From: Defluviitaleaceae bacterium
GTDB lineage: Bacteria > Bacillota > Clostridia > Lachnospirales > WQUN01
Direction of reading: 5' to 3'
DNA length: 64,000 nucleotides
NCBI GenBank assembly: GCA_009779755.1
Contig: WRDO01000007.1
Span: forward strand, 21,165 to 85,164
Within the stretch, counting starts at the first letter, position 1. Each line of letters begins with the position of its first letter. The notes under the pieces are model-generated. The model ran no database searches and had not been told where the DNA came from. It worked only from the letters and a program-made list of their open reading frames with translations. Positions 55,087 through 64,000 of the stretch are shown piece after piece. Position numbers and translations under genes: made by a program.

Positions 55087-56538
55087 TTATATCGGCATAT
55101 AGATAATAAATCTTGCACCCTTTGGAACAGCCTCCGATGAATCAAAAAATCCGTCCGAGTCTTCATATATGTTTTCGGCCTTAACGCTTCCCCCATGTTT
55201 TTCGATCAAATCCTTGCAAATAGCCAATCCCAGCCCGGAGTTTCCGCTCGCCCCTTTGTAGAACCGCTCGAAAATGTACGGGATATCGGCCTTATCGATA
55301 CCCGCGCCGTCATCCTCGATGATGATTTTAATATAATTGTTCGCAGCCGTATAACGGATCCTAACGAGGGTATTCGCGTGCCGCAAACAATTTGACAACA
55401 AATTGTCGATCGCGCTTTGTACCTTATCTTCGTCGGCCTTGATAAACCTTTCGCCCTCCGGCAAATCAACGATGATTTCCTTCCCGCTTTTGTCCGCGAG
55501 GATTTTGATGCGCTCGGCGCAGTCATACAAAAGATTATTTAGGCTGAAGGCCGTGATGTTCGGTTCATCCAACCCGCTGTCCATCCGTGAGATATACAGC
55601 AATTGATTTACCAGCGCGGCCATGCGTTCACTCTTCGCGAGGATAATTTCGGATGCCTCGTTTTTGTTGAACACATCCTCCAATATACTTTCCGCATACC
55701 CTTGGATGGACATGAGGGGCGTCCTCAATTCATGGGAAACGTTTTGGAAGAATTGCTTTTGGTTGTTTTCGGAAATGTTAAGTTTGTCGGACATGTTGTT
55801 CATGCTTTGGGCCAGTTTGCTGAACTCCTTGTAATCGAAATTCTCCACTTTTTCGTTAAAATTGCCGCGGCCGATGATTTCGGCGTAGTTGCATAACCGT
55901 ATAATGGATTTTTGGACCCTTGAGGAAATGAGGATTGACATCGCAATACTTATAAAAGCCGATATGACGAGCAGAAAACCCAGTGTTTGGTTGATCCTTC
56001 GCATAAATTGCAACGCGGAGGTTATGTCCGTGTACAGCAATACGGAAAACGATAGGTCCTCGTTTATGGGGTACGTGACGGACAGAAGGTAATAGGTTCC
56101 GCGCCCGCCCGCGAATCTGACCATCGCTTCGTTTTCAAAGGATTCCCTGTTATTTTGGTAATGGTTGGCCAGTTGGTGAACCTCCGCGGCCATATCCCCG
56201 CTCATTTGATTCGGGTTGGGCGAAACCACTTCGCCGTGTTCATTGATGACGATCCCGTCACTGTTCATCATCAGTTGCCTGATCGAACCGAGCTGCCTGA
56301 CTTGGACCAGGATGCCCTCCATAACCTCCACAGGGGGTTGCATCCGAAAATAAAATGTTTCGGGTGACGGTCTTGGGGTCATGTTTTCGATGTTGGTTTT
56401 ATTCCCTTCAAGCTCGCGCCGCGCCTCCGCGCTTATGAATTCATTGGTGATCGCATTAAATAAGAAAAAAACGATTAACAATGTAACGAAAACCGTCCCG
56501 ACGAAATTGCGTATAAGCGCGAACCTGAAACTTTTCAC
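55087..56538 (-). CDS. sensor histidine kinase (two TM segments, extracellular domain, HAMP)
   Basis: Start moved to GTG 56538 (GGAGGT 5 nt upstream, directly after the RR stop); H-box VSHELRTPLMSIQGY; HATPase GLGLAICKDLIEKHGG. Confidence 0.85.
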   Translation of the reverse strand: MKSFRFALIRNFVGTVFVTLLIVFFLFNAITNEFISAEARRELEGNKTNIENMTPRPSPETFYFRMQPPVEVMEGILVQVRQLGSIRQLMMNSDGIVINEHGEVVSPNPNQMSGDMAAEVHQLANHYQNNRESFENEAMVRFAGGRGTYYLLSVTYPINEDLSFSVLLYTDITSALQFMRRINQTLGFLLVISAFISIAMSILISSRVQKSIIRLCNYAEIIGRGNFNEKVENFDYKEFSKLAQSMNNMSDKLNISENNQKQFFQNVSHELRTPLMSIQGYAESILEDVFNKNEASEIILAKSERMAALVNQLLYISRMDSGLDEPNITAFSLNNLLYDCAERIKILADKSGKEIIVDLPEGERFIKADEDKVQSAIDNLLSNCLRHANTLVRIRYTAANNYIKIIIEDDGAGIDKADIPYIFERFYKGASGNSGLGLAICKDLIEKHGGSVKAENIYEDSDGFFDSSEAVPKGARFIIYMPI

Positions 56539-56539
56539 T

Positions 56540-57238
56540 TTATACCTCCGGCCTTGTGCCGATTTTAAAGCCGACCCCCCATACCGTATCAATGGATACC
56601 CGACTGCCGGCGTTGTCCAGCTTTTTTCGCAATCGTTTTACCGTATCGTCCGTGGCACGGCTTTCGATGACGTTATCGTAACCCCATATCGTATTAAGCA
56701 ATTCGTACCGTGATATGACCTTATCCTTGTTCGCCAACAAATACGCAAGCAGGCTGAACTCCGTTTTGGTCAAGTTTAACGCGACGCCGTTGCAAAAGGC
56801 GGTCAATTTATCGGGGTATATATTTATATCTTCGTGTTTTATCTCCCCGCCGTCCTTTTCCGGTTGGGTATACATATCAAACCTGCGTAGCATGGATTTG
56901 ACGCGCATCATGAGCTTTACCGGGCTGAACGGCTTTGTAAAATAATCGTCGCTTCCCAAGGAAAGGCCCGATATATAATCCTCCTCCGTATCCTTCGCCG
57001 TCAGCATGATAATGGGAACGTTGGAAATCTCCCTGAGCTTTGAACATATCATCAACCCGTTGCTTCCCGGCATCATGATGTCCAGTATGACAAGGTCGCA
57101 TTCCTTTTTTATGAACGCTTCATATAAATGTTCGCCGTTTTCAAACGCCTCCGCCAGATACCCTTCCTTTTCCAGGAAGGCTTTGACCAGATTGCGGATA
57201 CTGGGTTCGTCATCCGCCATATAAATCAGCTTTTGCAT
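56540..57238 (-). CDS. OmpR-family response regulator
   Basis: Start moved to ATG 57238 (GGAGG RBS); MADDEP..LVILDIMMPG..KPF receiver plus a winged helix (IDTVWGVGFKI). Confidence 0.9.
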   Translation of the reverse strand: MQKLIYMADDEPSIRNLVKAFLEKEGYLAEAFENGEHLYEAFIKKECDLVILDIMMPGSNGLMICSKLREISNVPIIMLTAKDTEEDYISGLSLGSDDYFTKPFSPVKLMMRVKSMLRRFDMYTQPEKDGGEIKHEDINIYPDKLTAFCNGVALNLTKTEFSLLAYLLANKDKVISRYELLNTIWGYDNVIESRATDDTVKRLRKKLDNAGSRVSIDTVWGVGFKIGTRPEV

Positions 57239-57277
57239 AATACCTCCCGCCGTCATGTAATTATCCCCGTTGTACGG

Positions 57278-57961
57278 TCAGCTTGCAAGCGTCAGCGTAC
57301 CGTCCTTCATACCCAATGTAATATCCGCAATGGATGCCACCTTTTTTGAATGGGTAACGATGATTACGCATTTACCGTCGTTGCGGGCAAAGGACGTAAA
57401 CATATCCAGCACATCGTTTTCCGTATCGTTGTCCAAATTTCCCGTGGGTTCATCGGCAATCAGGATATCCGGGTTGTGGGCCAACGCGCGGGCGATGCCG
57501 ACGCGCTGCTGTTCGCCGCCGGAAAGTTTTAATACCTTGCGGGTGGCTTTTTCACGGTCGATACCCACGTTTTCCAAAAGGGTAAACGCTTGCTCCATAC
57601 TTTTTTTCCCGTCGAACGCCGCTTTTTTACCGCTGCTGCTGATATACATGGAGATAAGCATATTTTCAACCGCACAGGCATTCGTCAGCAAATTATAGGC
57701 TTGGAAGATAACGCCGATGTGATTGGAACGGTACACGTCCCTGTCTATTTCCTTTAAATCCTTGTCACGGTACCATATCGCGCCCTTGGTGCAGGTATCC
57801 AACCCCGCGATCAATGAAAGCAACGTGGATTTACCCGAACCGGATTTGCCCGCGATGGCGTATACCTTTCCGTTTTGGAATTCCGCGGTTACATCCGTCA
57901 GCGCGTTTTGGCTTGCGCCTTCGTAACGGTAGGAAACATTTTTTAATGTAAGTAAACTCAT
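57278..57961 (-). CDS. ABC transporter ATP-binding protein (MacB/LolD-like)
   Basis: 227-aa ORF; GKSGSGKST Walker A, LSGGEQQRV signature, ILIADEPTGNLD Walker B. Confidence 0.9.
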   Translation of the reverse strand: MSLLTLKNVSYRYEGASQNALTDVTAEFQNGKVYAIAGKSGSGKSTLLSLIAGLDTCTKGAIWYRDKDLKEIDRDVYRSNHIGVIFQAYNLLTNACAVENMLISMYISSSGKKAAFDGKKSMEQAFTLLENVGIDREKATRKVLKLSGGEQQRVGIARALAHNPDILIADEPTGNLDNDTENDVLDMFTSFARNDGKCVIIVTHSKKVASIADITLGMKDGTLTLAS

Positions 57962-57965
57962 ACCC

Positions 57966-59549
57966 TCAGTTCCTCTCCATGAGAATTTTCATTGGCTCGT
58001 ACTTGGTTATGCGCGCAACTGACGCAACCCCTGCGAGGGATGCCAATAACAATGATATACCGATAATTTCAAGAATCGTCATCAACCCGAGGGAAACATT
58101 TAATTCGGACAAAGGTTCCGCTTCAATGGTATTCCCTCCCGCCATACCGCCGAACATGCCGCCCATACCGCCCCTTGCGCCCCCCATGCCGCCAAACAAA
58201 CCGCCCAATCCCCCCATACCGCCGATTTCCGCGACTTCTTCGGGTGTAATGTTTTCAATTTGGACGGCAAGCAATGTATCCGATATGGGTTGGGCAACCA
58301 ATGACCCTACCGTCAAACCCAAAACCAGGCATATCACCGTGAGGGCAAGCATTTCCGACAATAAACCCAGTACGAGTTTCTTCTTTTTCATGCCCATAGC
58401 CCTGAGTACGCCGATTTCGTATTTCCTTTCACGCACGGATATGGATGCGAGTACGACCAATACGATACCGCCCAGCACCAACACGATGATCATAAAGGTA
58501 GAGGTTACGTTTCGCAGCCCTACCACGGGTTCGACAATGGCCAGATATTCGGCTTCGTTGGTCGTAACCAGAAGCAAGGGATCCAACCCTTGGTTGCGCA
58601 GTTCCGCTTCAAAGAGGGGCAGCATATCCGGTTCATGCAAATAGTAGACGGCGTTTACGGTGATGCCGCTTTCGTTCGCCCCCAAAGGACTGATTACCGT
58701 ATCCAACGTGGTCAACACTTCGTTGCGCCGGTTTAAGAAAGAAGCCCGTATAAATCCCCCGGTGGCGTTTTCGGGCGTCATATCAAAATAAATACCCACG
58801 ACGGTCAAATCGTGTACCACTCGGCGGGATGTTATATCCTCTCCCGAGCCTTCCGTTAAAGTGCTGTATATTCGGATGGTATCACCGATCATCAAATCGT
58901 TAAGCTCCGCCAATTCTAAACTTATCATGGCTTCACCGTAAGCAATGGGGAACCGTCCGTCCGCCACATCCCTTAATCCGTTTTGGAAATCTTCCCAATG
59001 GTTCCCGTACAAGCGGAGGTTCGGTATATCCATTTCATCCGGGTTTATCCCGGTTATACCGCCCATCGCACCGCCGAACATATCCCCCATGCCGCCGCCT
59101 CTGCCGCCAAACATACCGCCGCCGAGTTCCAAATCCGCATCACCGTCGACGGTATTTAGCGTATCCGAAAAAGCAGGTTGGGATGCCGTCATTTCATAAG
59201 TAAGTACATAAGGCGATTGCGCAAAGGCGATACTTTGCTGTGCGGTAACTTGGATATTACCCATGTTGACTCGGTTTAATCCCCCCATACCGCCGCCGCC
59301 AAAGATACCGCCAAGACCGCCGCCGCCGAAGCTGCTCCGCAGATTCTCCATAATTTGCGCCGTGTCCGGCACGATGTTTACACGGCTGCCAAAGCGGTGT
59401 TTGTAATCCTCAATGATACCGTTGGCGGTATTGTTAATAATTAACGTTACCGCCGTGGTGGCGATTATGGTGAAGATGATCACCGCAAGCAGAATGTTCC
59501 TGCCTTTGTTCCGCAGCAAATTGTGGAGCGAATTTTTTATTATGAACAT
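57966..59549 (-). CDS. FtsX/MacB-like ABC permease with Gly/Met-rich low-complexity inserts
   Basis: 527-aa ORF; N-terminal TM, large extracytoplasmic domain, three C-terminal TMs (FtsX-like); three G/M-rich tracts (see findings). Confidence 0.8.
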   Translation of the reverse strand: MFIIKNSLHNLLRNKGRNILLAVIIFTIIATTAVTLIINNTANGIIEDYKHRFGSRVNIVPDTAQIMENLRSSFGGGGLGGIFGGGGMGGLNRVNMGNIQVTAQQSIAFAQSPYVLTYEMTASQPAFSDTLNTVDGDADLELGGGMFGGRGGGMGDMFGGAMGGITGINPDEMDIPNLRLYGNHWEDFQNGLRDVADGRFPIAYGEAMISLELAELNDLMIGDTIRIYSTLTEGSGEDITSRRVVHDLTVVGIYFDMTPENATGGFIRASFLNRRNEVLTTLDTVISPLGANESGITVNAVYYLHEPDMLPLFEAELRNQGLDPLLLVTTNEAEYLAIVEPVVGLRNVTSTFMIIVLVLGGIVLVVLASISVRERKYEIGVLRAMGMKKKKLVLGLLSEMLALTVICLVLGLTVGSLVAQPISDTLLAVQIENITPEEVAEIGGMGGLGGLFGGMGGARGGMGGMFGGMAGGNTIEAEPLSELNVSLGLMTILEIIGISLLLASLAGVASVARITKYEPMKILMERN

Positions 59550-59709
59550 GTAAATCCTCCCGCTTTTGTTTGGAACATTCTACTGAGCCAATTGTGGAAA
59601 AATCCCCGAAAAATTGCGGCAATTGTGTGGTAATCATGCATTTTTACACTTTCCCAAGCATATCGTTATAGCGATTATCCTTTGGGTACATTCCCGGAAA
59701 GCGGCGCGC

Positions 59710-61660
59710 ATGAAAAAAATCAAGGCCCCGTTAGGTATCCGCAAAAAAGCGTTTTATGTCATGCTGTTTATGCAACTCGCACTCGCGGCGTTGGTGGTAC
59801 GGATTTTTTACATACAAGCCTTCCGCGGGGAGGAATTGCAAGCGCTCGCTTTCGAGCAGCAAACCCGCGACCGCTTGATCGCGCCCAACCGCGGGAGCAT
59901 CTATGACCGCAACATGGTTGGCTTGGCCGTGACGGAAACGGTCGCGTCGGTCAGCGTTATTTACGCGCAAATGCGCGATCTGCCCGCTACAGCGCGCATC
60001 TTGGCGCGGGAATTGGCGCTTGACGAAGCGGAAGTGCTGAAAAAAATATCACAACGCGTTGCGCTGGTGCGCGTGGCCACACAGGTGGACAAGGCAACCG
60101 CCGACCGCCTGCGCGGGATGAACCTCCCCGGCGTTGTAGTGGACGAAGACATCCGGCGGGTGTATCCCTTCGGCTTTTTGGCGTCGCAGGTTATCGGGTT
60201 CGTCGGGCGTGACAATCAGGGTATCATCGGGCTGGAGGCACGTTACGACCAATACCTGCGCGGTCAACCCGGACGTATCCTTACCGAAACGGACGTAGCC
60301 GGGCGCGTGTTGGAAGCCGGACGGATTTACCGCGTACCCCCCACCGACGGTTACAGCCTCGTACTTACGATTGATTCGGTCCTCCAATCTTATGCCGAGC
60401 AAACGATCGAGCTGCTCGTGCGCGAAAAAAACGCCCTGCGCGGCGTGGTCATTTTAATGAACCCCCAAACGGGCGAAATCTACGCGCTCGCAAACAAACC
60501 CGACTTCGATTTAAACGATCCCTTCACCATACAAAACCCCGCCTTACAGGAGGTTTGGCACACCTTTACGCAGGAACGGCAAATGAACGAATTAAACCGC
60601 ATGTGGCGCAACTTCGCGATCAACGACACCTACGAGCCGGGCTCCACGTTTAAAATCGTGACCTCGGCGGCGGGGCTTGCCGAAGGAATCATCACGACGT
60701 CGAGTATGTTTACCTGCAGCGGTTCGGTCACGGTCGGCGGGCATACGATACGGTGCTGGCGTTCGCCGCGTTCGCACGGCTTACAGACGTTTTTACAAGG
60801 CGTGCAGAATTCCTGCAACCCCGTTTTTATGGCCGTCGGCGAACGCTTGGGCGCGGAATTGTTCTACGATTACCTCCTGCGCTTCGGCTTCCATGATAAA
60901 ACGGGGATTGATTTGCCCGGCGAAGCGGTGGGTATTATGTATCCTTTGGATAAAGTCGGCCCCGTGGAACTGGTGACGATGGCGTTCGGGCAGAGCATCA
61001 CGATTACGCCGTTGCAATTGCTGAGCGCAGCCGCGACGGTAATCAACGGCGGTTACCGCGTTACGCCTCATGTGGGGATGCGCCTGATCGATTCGGAAGG
61101 GCGTATCGTGGAGGAATTCGCGCCCGAACGCGGCGAGCAAATCCTTTCCGCCGAAGTGAGCGAAACGATGCGTTTTATATTAGAATCCGTCGTCTTTGAA
61201 GGTACGGGGCGGCGCACGTACATACCCGGTTATCGCATCGGCGGCAAAACCGCCACCAGCCAAAAGCTGCCCCGGCAGCGGTAAATATATTTCCTCCATT
61301 ATGGCGTTCGCACCCGCGGAGCATCCCCAACTCGTCGCGCTCGTATTGATCGACGAACCGAGCGGCGCGTATTACGGCGGGCAGGTAACCGGCCCCGTCA
61401 TGCAGGTTTTGCTTGAAAATGTCCTCCCCTACCTCGGTATTCGCCCCGTATATAATGAAATCGAACTCGCCGTACCCGGCACCGCGCCCGTTACCGTCCC
61501 CCCCCTGCGCGGGATGGAACGCGCGGAGGCACAGCGTTTATTACGCGAACTGCACCTCGGGTTTGACATAGTGGGGGATGGACATACTATAATTGACCAA
61601 TTCCCCATCCCCGGGGAGTTGGTGAACCAAGGGGAGCGGATATTGTTACGGGCGCAATAA
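59710..61660 (+). pseudogene. class B penicillin-binding protein (SpoVD/FtsI-like, one PASTA domain) interrupted by a +1 frameshift
   Basis: Frame 1 (59710-61284): TM anchor, STFK, SCN, GGKTATSQKLPRQR-stop. Frame 2 continues GSGKYISSIMAFAPAEHPQLV.. to a PASTA-like end (61660). The frames join if one C of CCCC (61270-61273) is removed. Confidence 0.7.
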
Positions 61661-61688
61661 GCGTTACGATTTTAATTTGGAGGCACAT

Positions 61689-63155
61689 ATGACCCATCAT
61701 AAGTTATCCGATTTGCTGCGCGGCGTTCCTTACGAAGTGTTGCAAGGTACGACCGATTGCCCCGTATCGGATGTCGTCCATAATTCGCGCAAGGTGTCAA
61801 CGAACGCGTTATTTGTCTGTCAGCGAGGCTTGAACACGGACGGGCATCGGTATATTATGGAAGCGTCGGGCGCAGGGGCAACGGCGTTTTTGGTTGAGGA
61901 CAGGACAGCGGAATTCCCTGCGGGCAAAACCGTTATTTTTACGGAAAATGCGCGCAAAGCGATGGGGCGCGTCGCGGCCAATCTGCATGGCAACCCCGCG
62001 GAACGGATGCGGCTCGTCGGTGTGACGGGTACAAACGGTAAGACGACGACCACGCATTTTATCGAGAATATCCTGCGCTTCGCCGGGCGAAAGACCGGGC
62101 TTATCGGTACGAACGGTATATTTGCGGGGGAGGAAAAATTGGACATCCCCTTCGACACCGCCACCACCCCCGATCCGCTCGAGCTGCACCGCATCTTCGC
62201 CGAAATGCTTCATATGGGGGTGCAGGACGTGGTTATGGAGGTGTCCTCCCACGCGCTGGCGCTGCATAAAATGGAAGGGTTAACCTTCGACGTCGGGATT
62301 TTCACCAATCTGACGCAGGACCATTTGGACTTCCACGGCACGATGGAGAACTACCACGACGCCAAGGCCCAATTGTTTAAAATCAGCCGTACGGCCGTGG
62401 TGAATCAAGACGACCCCTCAACGCCGACTATGGTTAAATATTTTAACGGTGACCCTTGTCTGTCCTACGGCTTAAAATCCGAAGCCGACCTGCGCGCCCT
62501 ACATATACAAACGGCGGCGCACGGTATGACCTTTGACTTGGACTTCGGCGGCGTTATGCGGTACTTTACCTTGCCGATGTTGGGGCTGTACAACGTTTCC
62601 AACTGCCTTGCGGCTGTCGGGACGGCGTATTTGTTGGGGATCGGCATGGATAAGATACGCGAAGGCGCGGCGGGGATCATCCCCGTACCCGGGCGTTTGC
62701 AAGCCGTTCCCAACGATCGGGGCGTGCTGATCATCGTGGACTACGCCCACACCCCCGACGGGTTGGAGAACACGATCCGAGCGATACGGGACCTGTCCCC
62801 GAAGAGGGTCATTACCCTTTTCGGCTGCGGGGGCGACCGCGACAAGGACAAACGCCCGCAAATGGGGCGCATCGCGGGGGAACTTTCCGATTACGTCATC
62901 CTCACGTCCGACAATCCGCGTACGGAAAACCCGACAGAAATCATCAGCCAAATCGAAAAGGGAATCATGCCCGCGGGTATCCTGTACGAAGTCATCGAAA
63001 ACCGCCGCGACGCGATCCGCGCGGGGGTTGCGTTATTAAAGGAAGGCGACGCGCTGATCATCGCGGGCAAAGGCCACGAGGATTATCAAATCATCGGCAC
63101 AACCAAGCATCGTTTTTGCGATTACGAAACTGTGGTGGAGGCGTTATGCGGTTAA
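61689..63155 (+). CDS. murE: UDP-N-acetylmuramoyl-L-alanyl-D-glutamate--2,6-diaminopimelate ligase
   Basis: Start set to ATG 61689 after GGAGG; GVTGTNGKTTT P-loop; DNPR motif (SDNPRTENP) typical of meso-DAP-adding MurE. Confidence 0.9.
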   Translation: MTHHKLSDLLRGVPYEVLQGTTDCPVSDVVHNSRKVSTNALFVCQRGLNTDGHRYIMEASGAGATAFLVEDRTAEFPAGKTVIFTENARKAMGRVAANLHGNPAERMRLVGVTGTNGKTTTTHFIENILRFAGRKTGLIGTNGIFAGEEKLDIPFDTATTPDPLELHRIFAEMLHMGVQDVVMEVSSHALALHKMEGLTFDVGIFTNLTQDHLDFHGTMENYHDAKAQLFKISRTAVVNQDDPSTPTMVKYFNGDPCLSYGLKSEADLRALHIQTAAHGMTFDLDFGGVMRYFTLPMLGLYNVSNCLAAVGTAYLLGIGMDKIREGAAGIIPVPGRLQAVPNDRGVLIIVDYAHTPDGLENTIRAIRDLSPKRVITLFGCGGDRDKDKRPQMGRIAGELSDYVILTSDNPRTENPTEIISQIEKGIMPAGILYEVIENRRDAIRAGVALLKEGDALIIAGKGHEDYQIIGTTKHRFCDYETVVEALCG

Positions 63156-64000
63156 AGGTTTCCGAGATAGTCACCGCTTGCAAGGGGGAATTGCTTACCG
63201 GCGCGTTGACGGACGTAACGGTTACGTCCGTCTGCACGGATACGCGTAAGATCACGCGGCCGAACGGTAAATCGGGTGCGTTGTTTATCCCGCTTTTGGG
63301 AGAAAGCGCGGACGGGCATGATTTCATATACAATGCGTTCGAATCCGGCGCGGTCGCTACCCTTACCGAAAGACGGGACTTACCCGTCATATCCCAAATC
63401 GTTTACCCGATCATATATGTCCCTTCCACTTACCAAGCCCTGATGGATTTGGCTTTTTATTACCGCCGCCTGCACAACGTAATGGTTGTGGCCGTCACAG
63501 GCAGCGCAGGCAAGACCACAACCAAGGAAATGATCGCAAGCATCCTCGCGCAACGGTATAAGACGAAGAAAACGCCCAAAAACTATAATAACCACATCGG
63601 CCTGCCCTTATCGGTTTTCCAACTCGAACCCGACGACGAAGCCATCGTGCTGGAAATGGGCATGAACCACGCCAATGAGATCACCGCGCTCAGCAAGGTC
63701 GGCGCGCCCGATATCGCCGTCATCACCCATATCGGCGACGCGCATATCGAAAACTTCGCCGACCGCGAAGGCATCCTCCGCGCCAAGCTGGAAATCGTGG
63801 ACGGCTTACGCCACGGCGGCACGGTGGTATTAAACGGCAACGACCCGCTTCTCACGGGACCCGTCGCCGCCGAAAAAACGCGTTCCTTTACGGTCCGTTA
63901 CCCGGGAGCCGAAAATATCGTATCAGCCGAACCTTGCGGCTTGGACGGGACCCGATGCCGTTTCCGCATCGACGGCCAAGTCATGGATATCACGGTCCCC
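63146..64000 (+). CDS. murF: UDP-N-acetylmuramoyl-tripeptide--D-alanyl-D-alanine ligase (partial, runs off window)
   Basis: Not in the ORF track because it is open at the window end. My translation from ATG 63146 (10-nt overlap with the murE stop) gives MRLKVSEIVTACKGELL.., VAVTGSAGKTTTKEM, NNHIGLP, MGMNHANEI. Confidence 0.85.
   Translation, partial: MRLKVSEIVTACKGELLTGALTDVTVTSVCTDTRKITRPNGKSGALFIPLLGESADGHDFIYNAFESGAVATLTERRDLPVISQIVYPIIYVPSTYQALMDLAFYYRRLHNVMVVAVTGSAGKTTTKEMIASILAQRYKTKKTPKNYNNHIGLPLSVFQLEPDDEAIVLEMGMNHANEITALSKVGAPDIAVITHIGDAHIENFADREGILRAKLEIVDGLRHGGTVVLNGNDPLLTGPVAAEKTRSFTVRYPGAENIVSAEPCGLDGTRCRFRIDGQVMDITVP

Noticed and set aside
57979-58644. 221-aa plus-strand ORF with Pro-rich repeats
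   Set aside because: It is the antisense image of the Gly/Met-rich tracts of the FtsX-like permease (GGN codons read as NCC Pro codons). There is no independent support.
61196-61660. 154-aa ORF as an independent gene
   Set aside because: Its sequence is the continuation of the PBP transpeptidase domain plus a PASTA domain. It has no RBS or start context of its own, so it is treated as the 3' part of a frameshifted gene.
1-64000. CRISPR arrays, rRNA or tRNA genes, integrases/transposases, reverse transcriptases, phage structural genes
   Set aside because: I saw none while reading the ORF track and intergenic regions. The AT-rich island therefore has no recognisable mobility gene in this window. 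A covariance-model or HMM scan is still needed to be sure.

Overview
Everything here was read by eye, with no searches or computations. Family names come from motif recognition and memory. The window looks like a chromosomal segment of a fairly GC-rich, Gram-positive, Clostridia-like spore former. Supporting signs are an SLH-domain wall protein, a TagF-like enzyme, an M50/SpoIVFB-like protease and a PASTA-bearing class B PBP followed by murE and murF. I call about 60 protein genes. I saw no rRNA, tRNA, CRISPR array, integrase or intact transposase. Layout: (1) 0-9.2 kb holds housekeeping genes (ABC ATPase, sugar-kinase-like ATPase, rnhA, ispD, M50 protease, hydrolases) and ends in an AT-rich patch with a BrnT/BrnA pair. 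(2) 9.3-17.5 kb is one tightly coupled 8-gene redox operon (OYE/4Fe-4S, SDR, FAD flavoprotein, UroD-like, AGE epimerase, flavodoxin-ferredoxin, ArsC-like) preceded by a promoter plus attenuator-like hairpin. It unexpectedly contains a full-length fliG. (3) 17.6-18.8 kb holds an orphan HicB-like antitoxin and a PBECR4-like nuclease candidate. (4) 19-45.7 kb is a cell-surface glycan super-locus. Its centre (about 26.1-44.4 kb) is a sharply AT-rich, apparently foreign island of giant, translationally coupled, soluble multi-domain enzymes plus a CMP-Kdo supply module. (5) 46-48 kb holds small TA modules and DUF1659/DUF2922 genes. (6) 48-59.5 kb holds an amidase with a recent internal duplication, a MerR-pseudoreceiver fusion, two TCS+ABC modules and a cNMP-DUF2225 protein. 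(7) 59.7-64 kb holds a frameshifted class B PBP, murE and murF (partial). My best candidate for an undescribed system is the AT-rich island. It has no membrane, export or priming component. It combines GT2, duplicated CgeB-like, GT-B, a pectinesterase-fold domain with its catalytic residues replaced, a BNR propeller, four methyltransferase domains, a CE4-like deacetylase and a Kdo pathway lacking KdsD. I read it as a cytoplasmic (mother-cell spore-surface or protein) glycosylation factory making a methylated Kdo-containing glycan.
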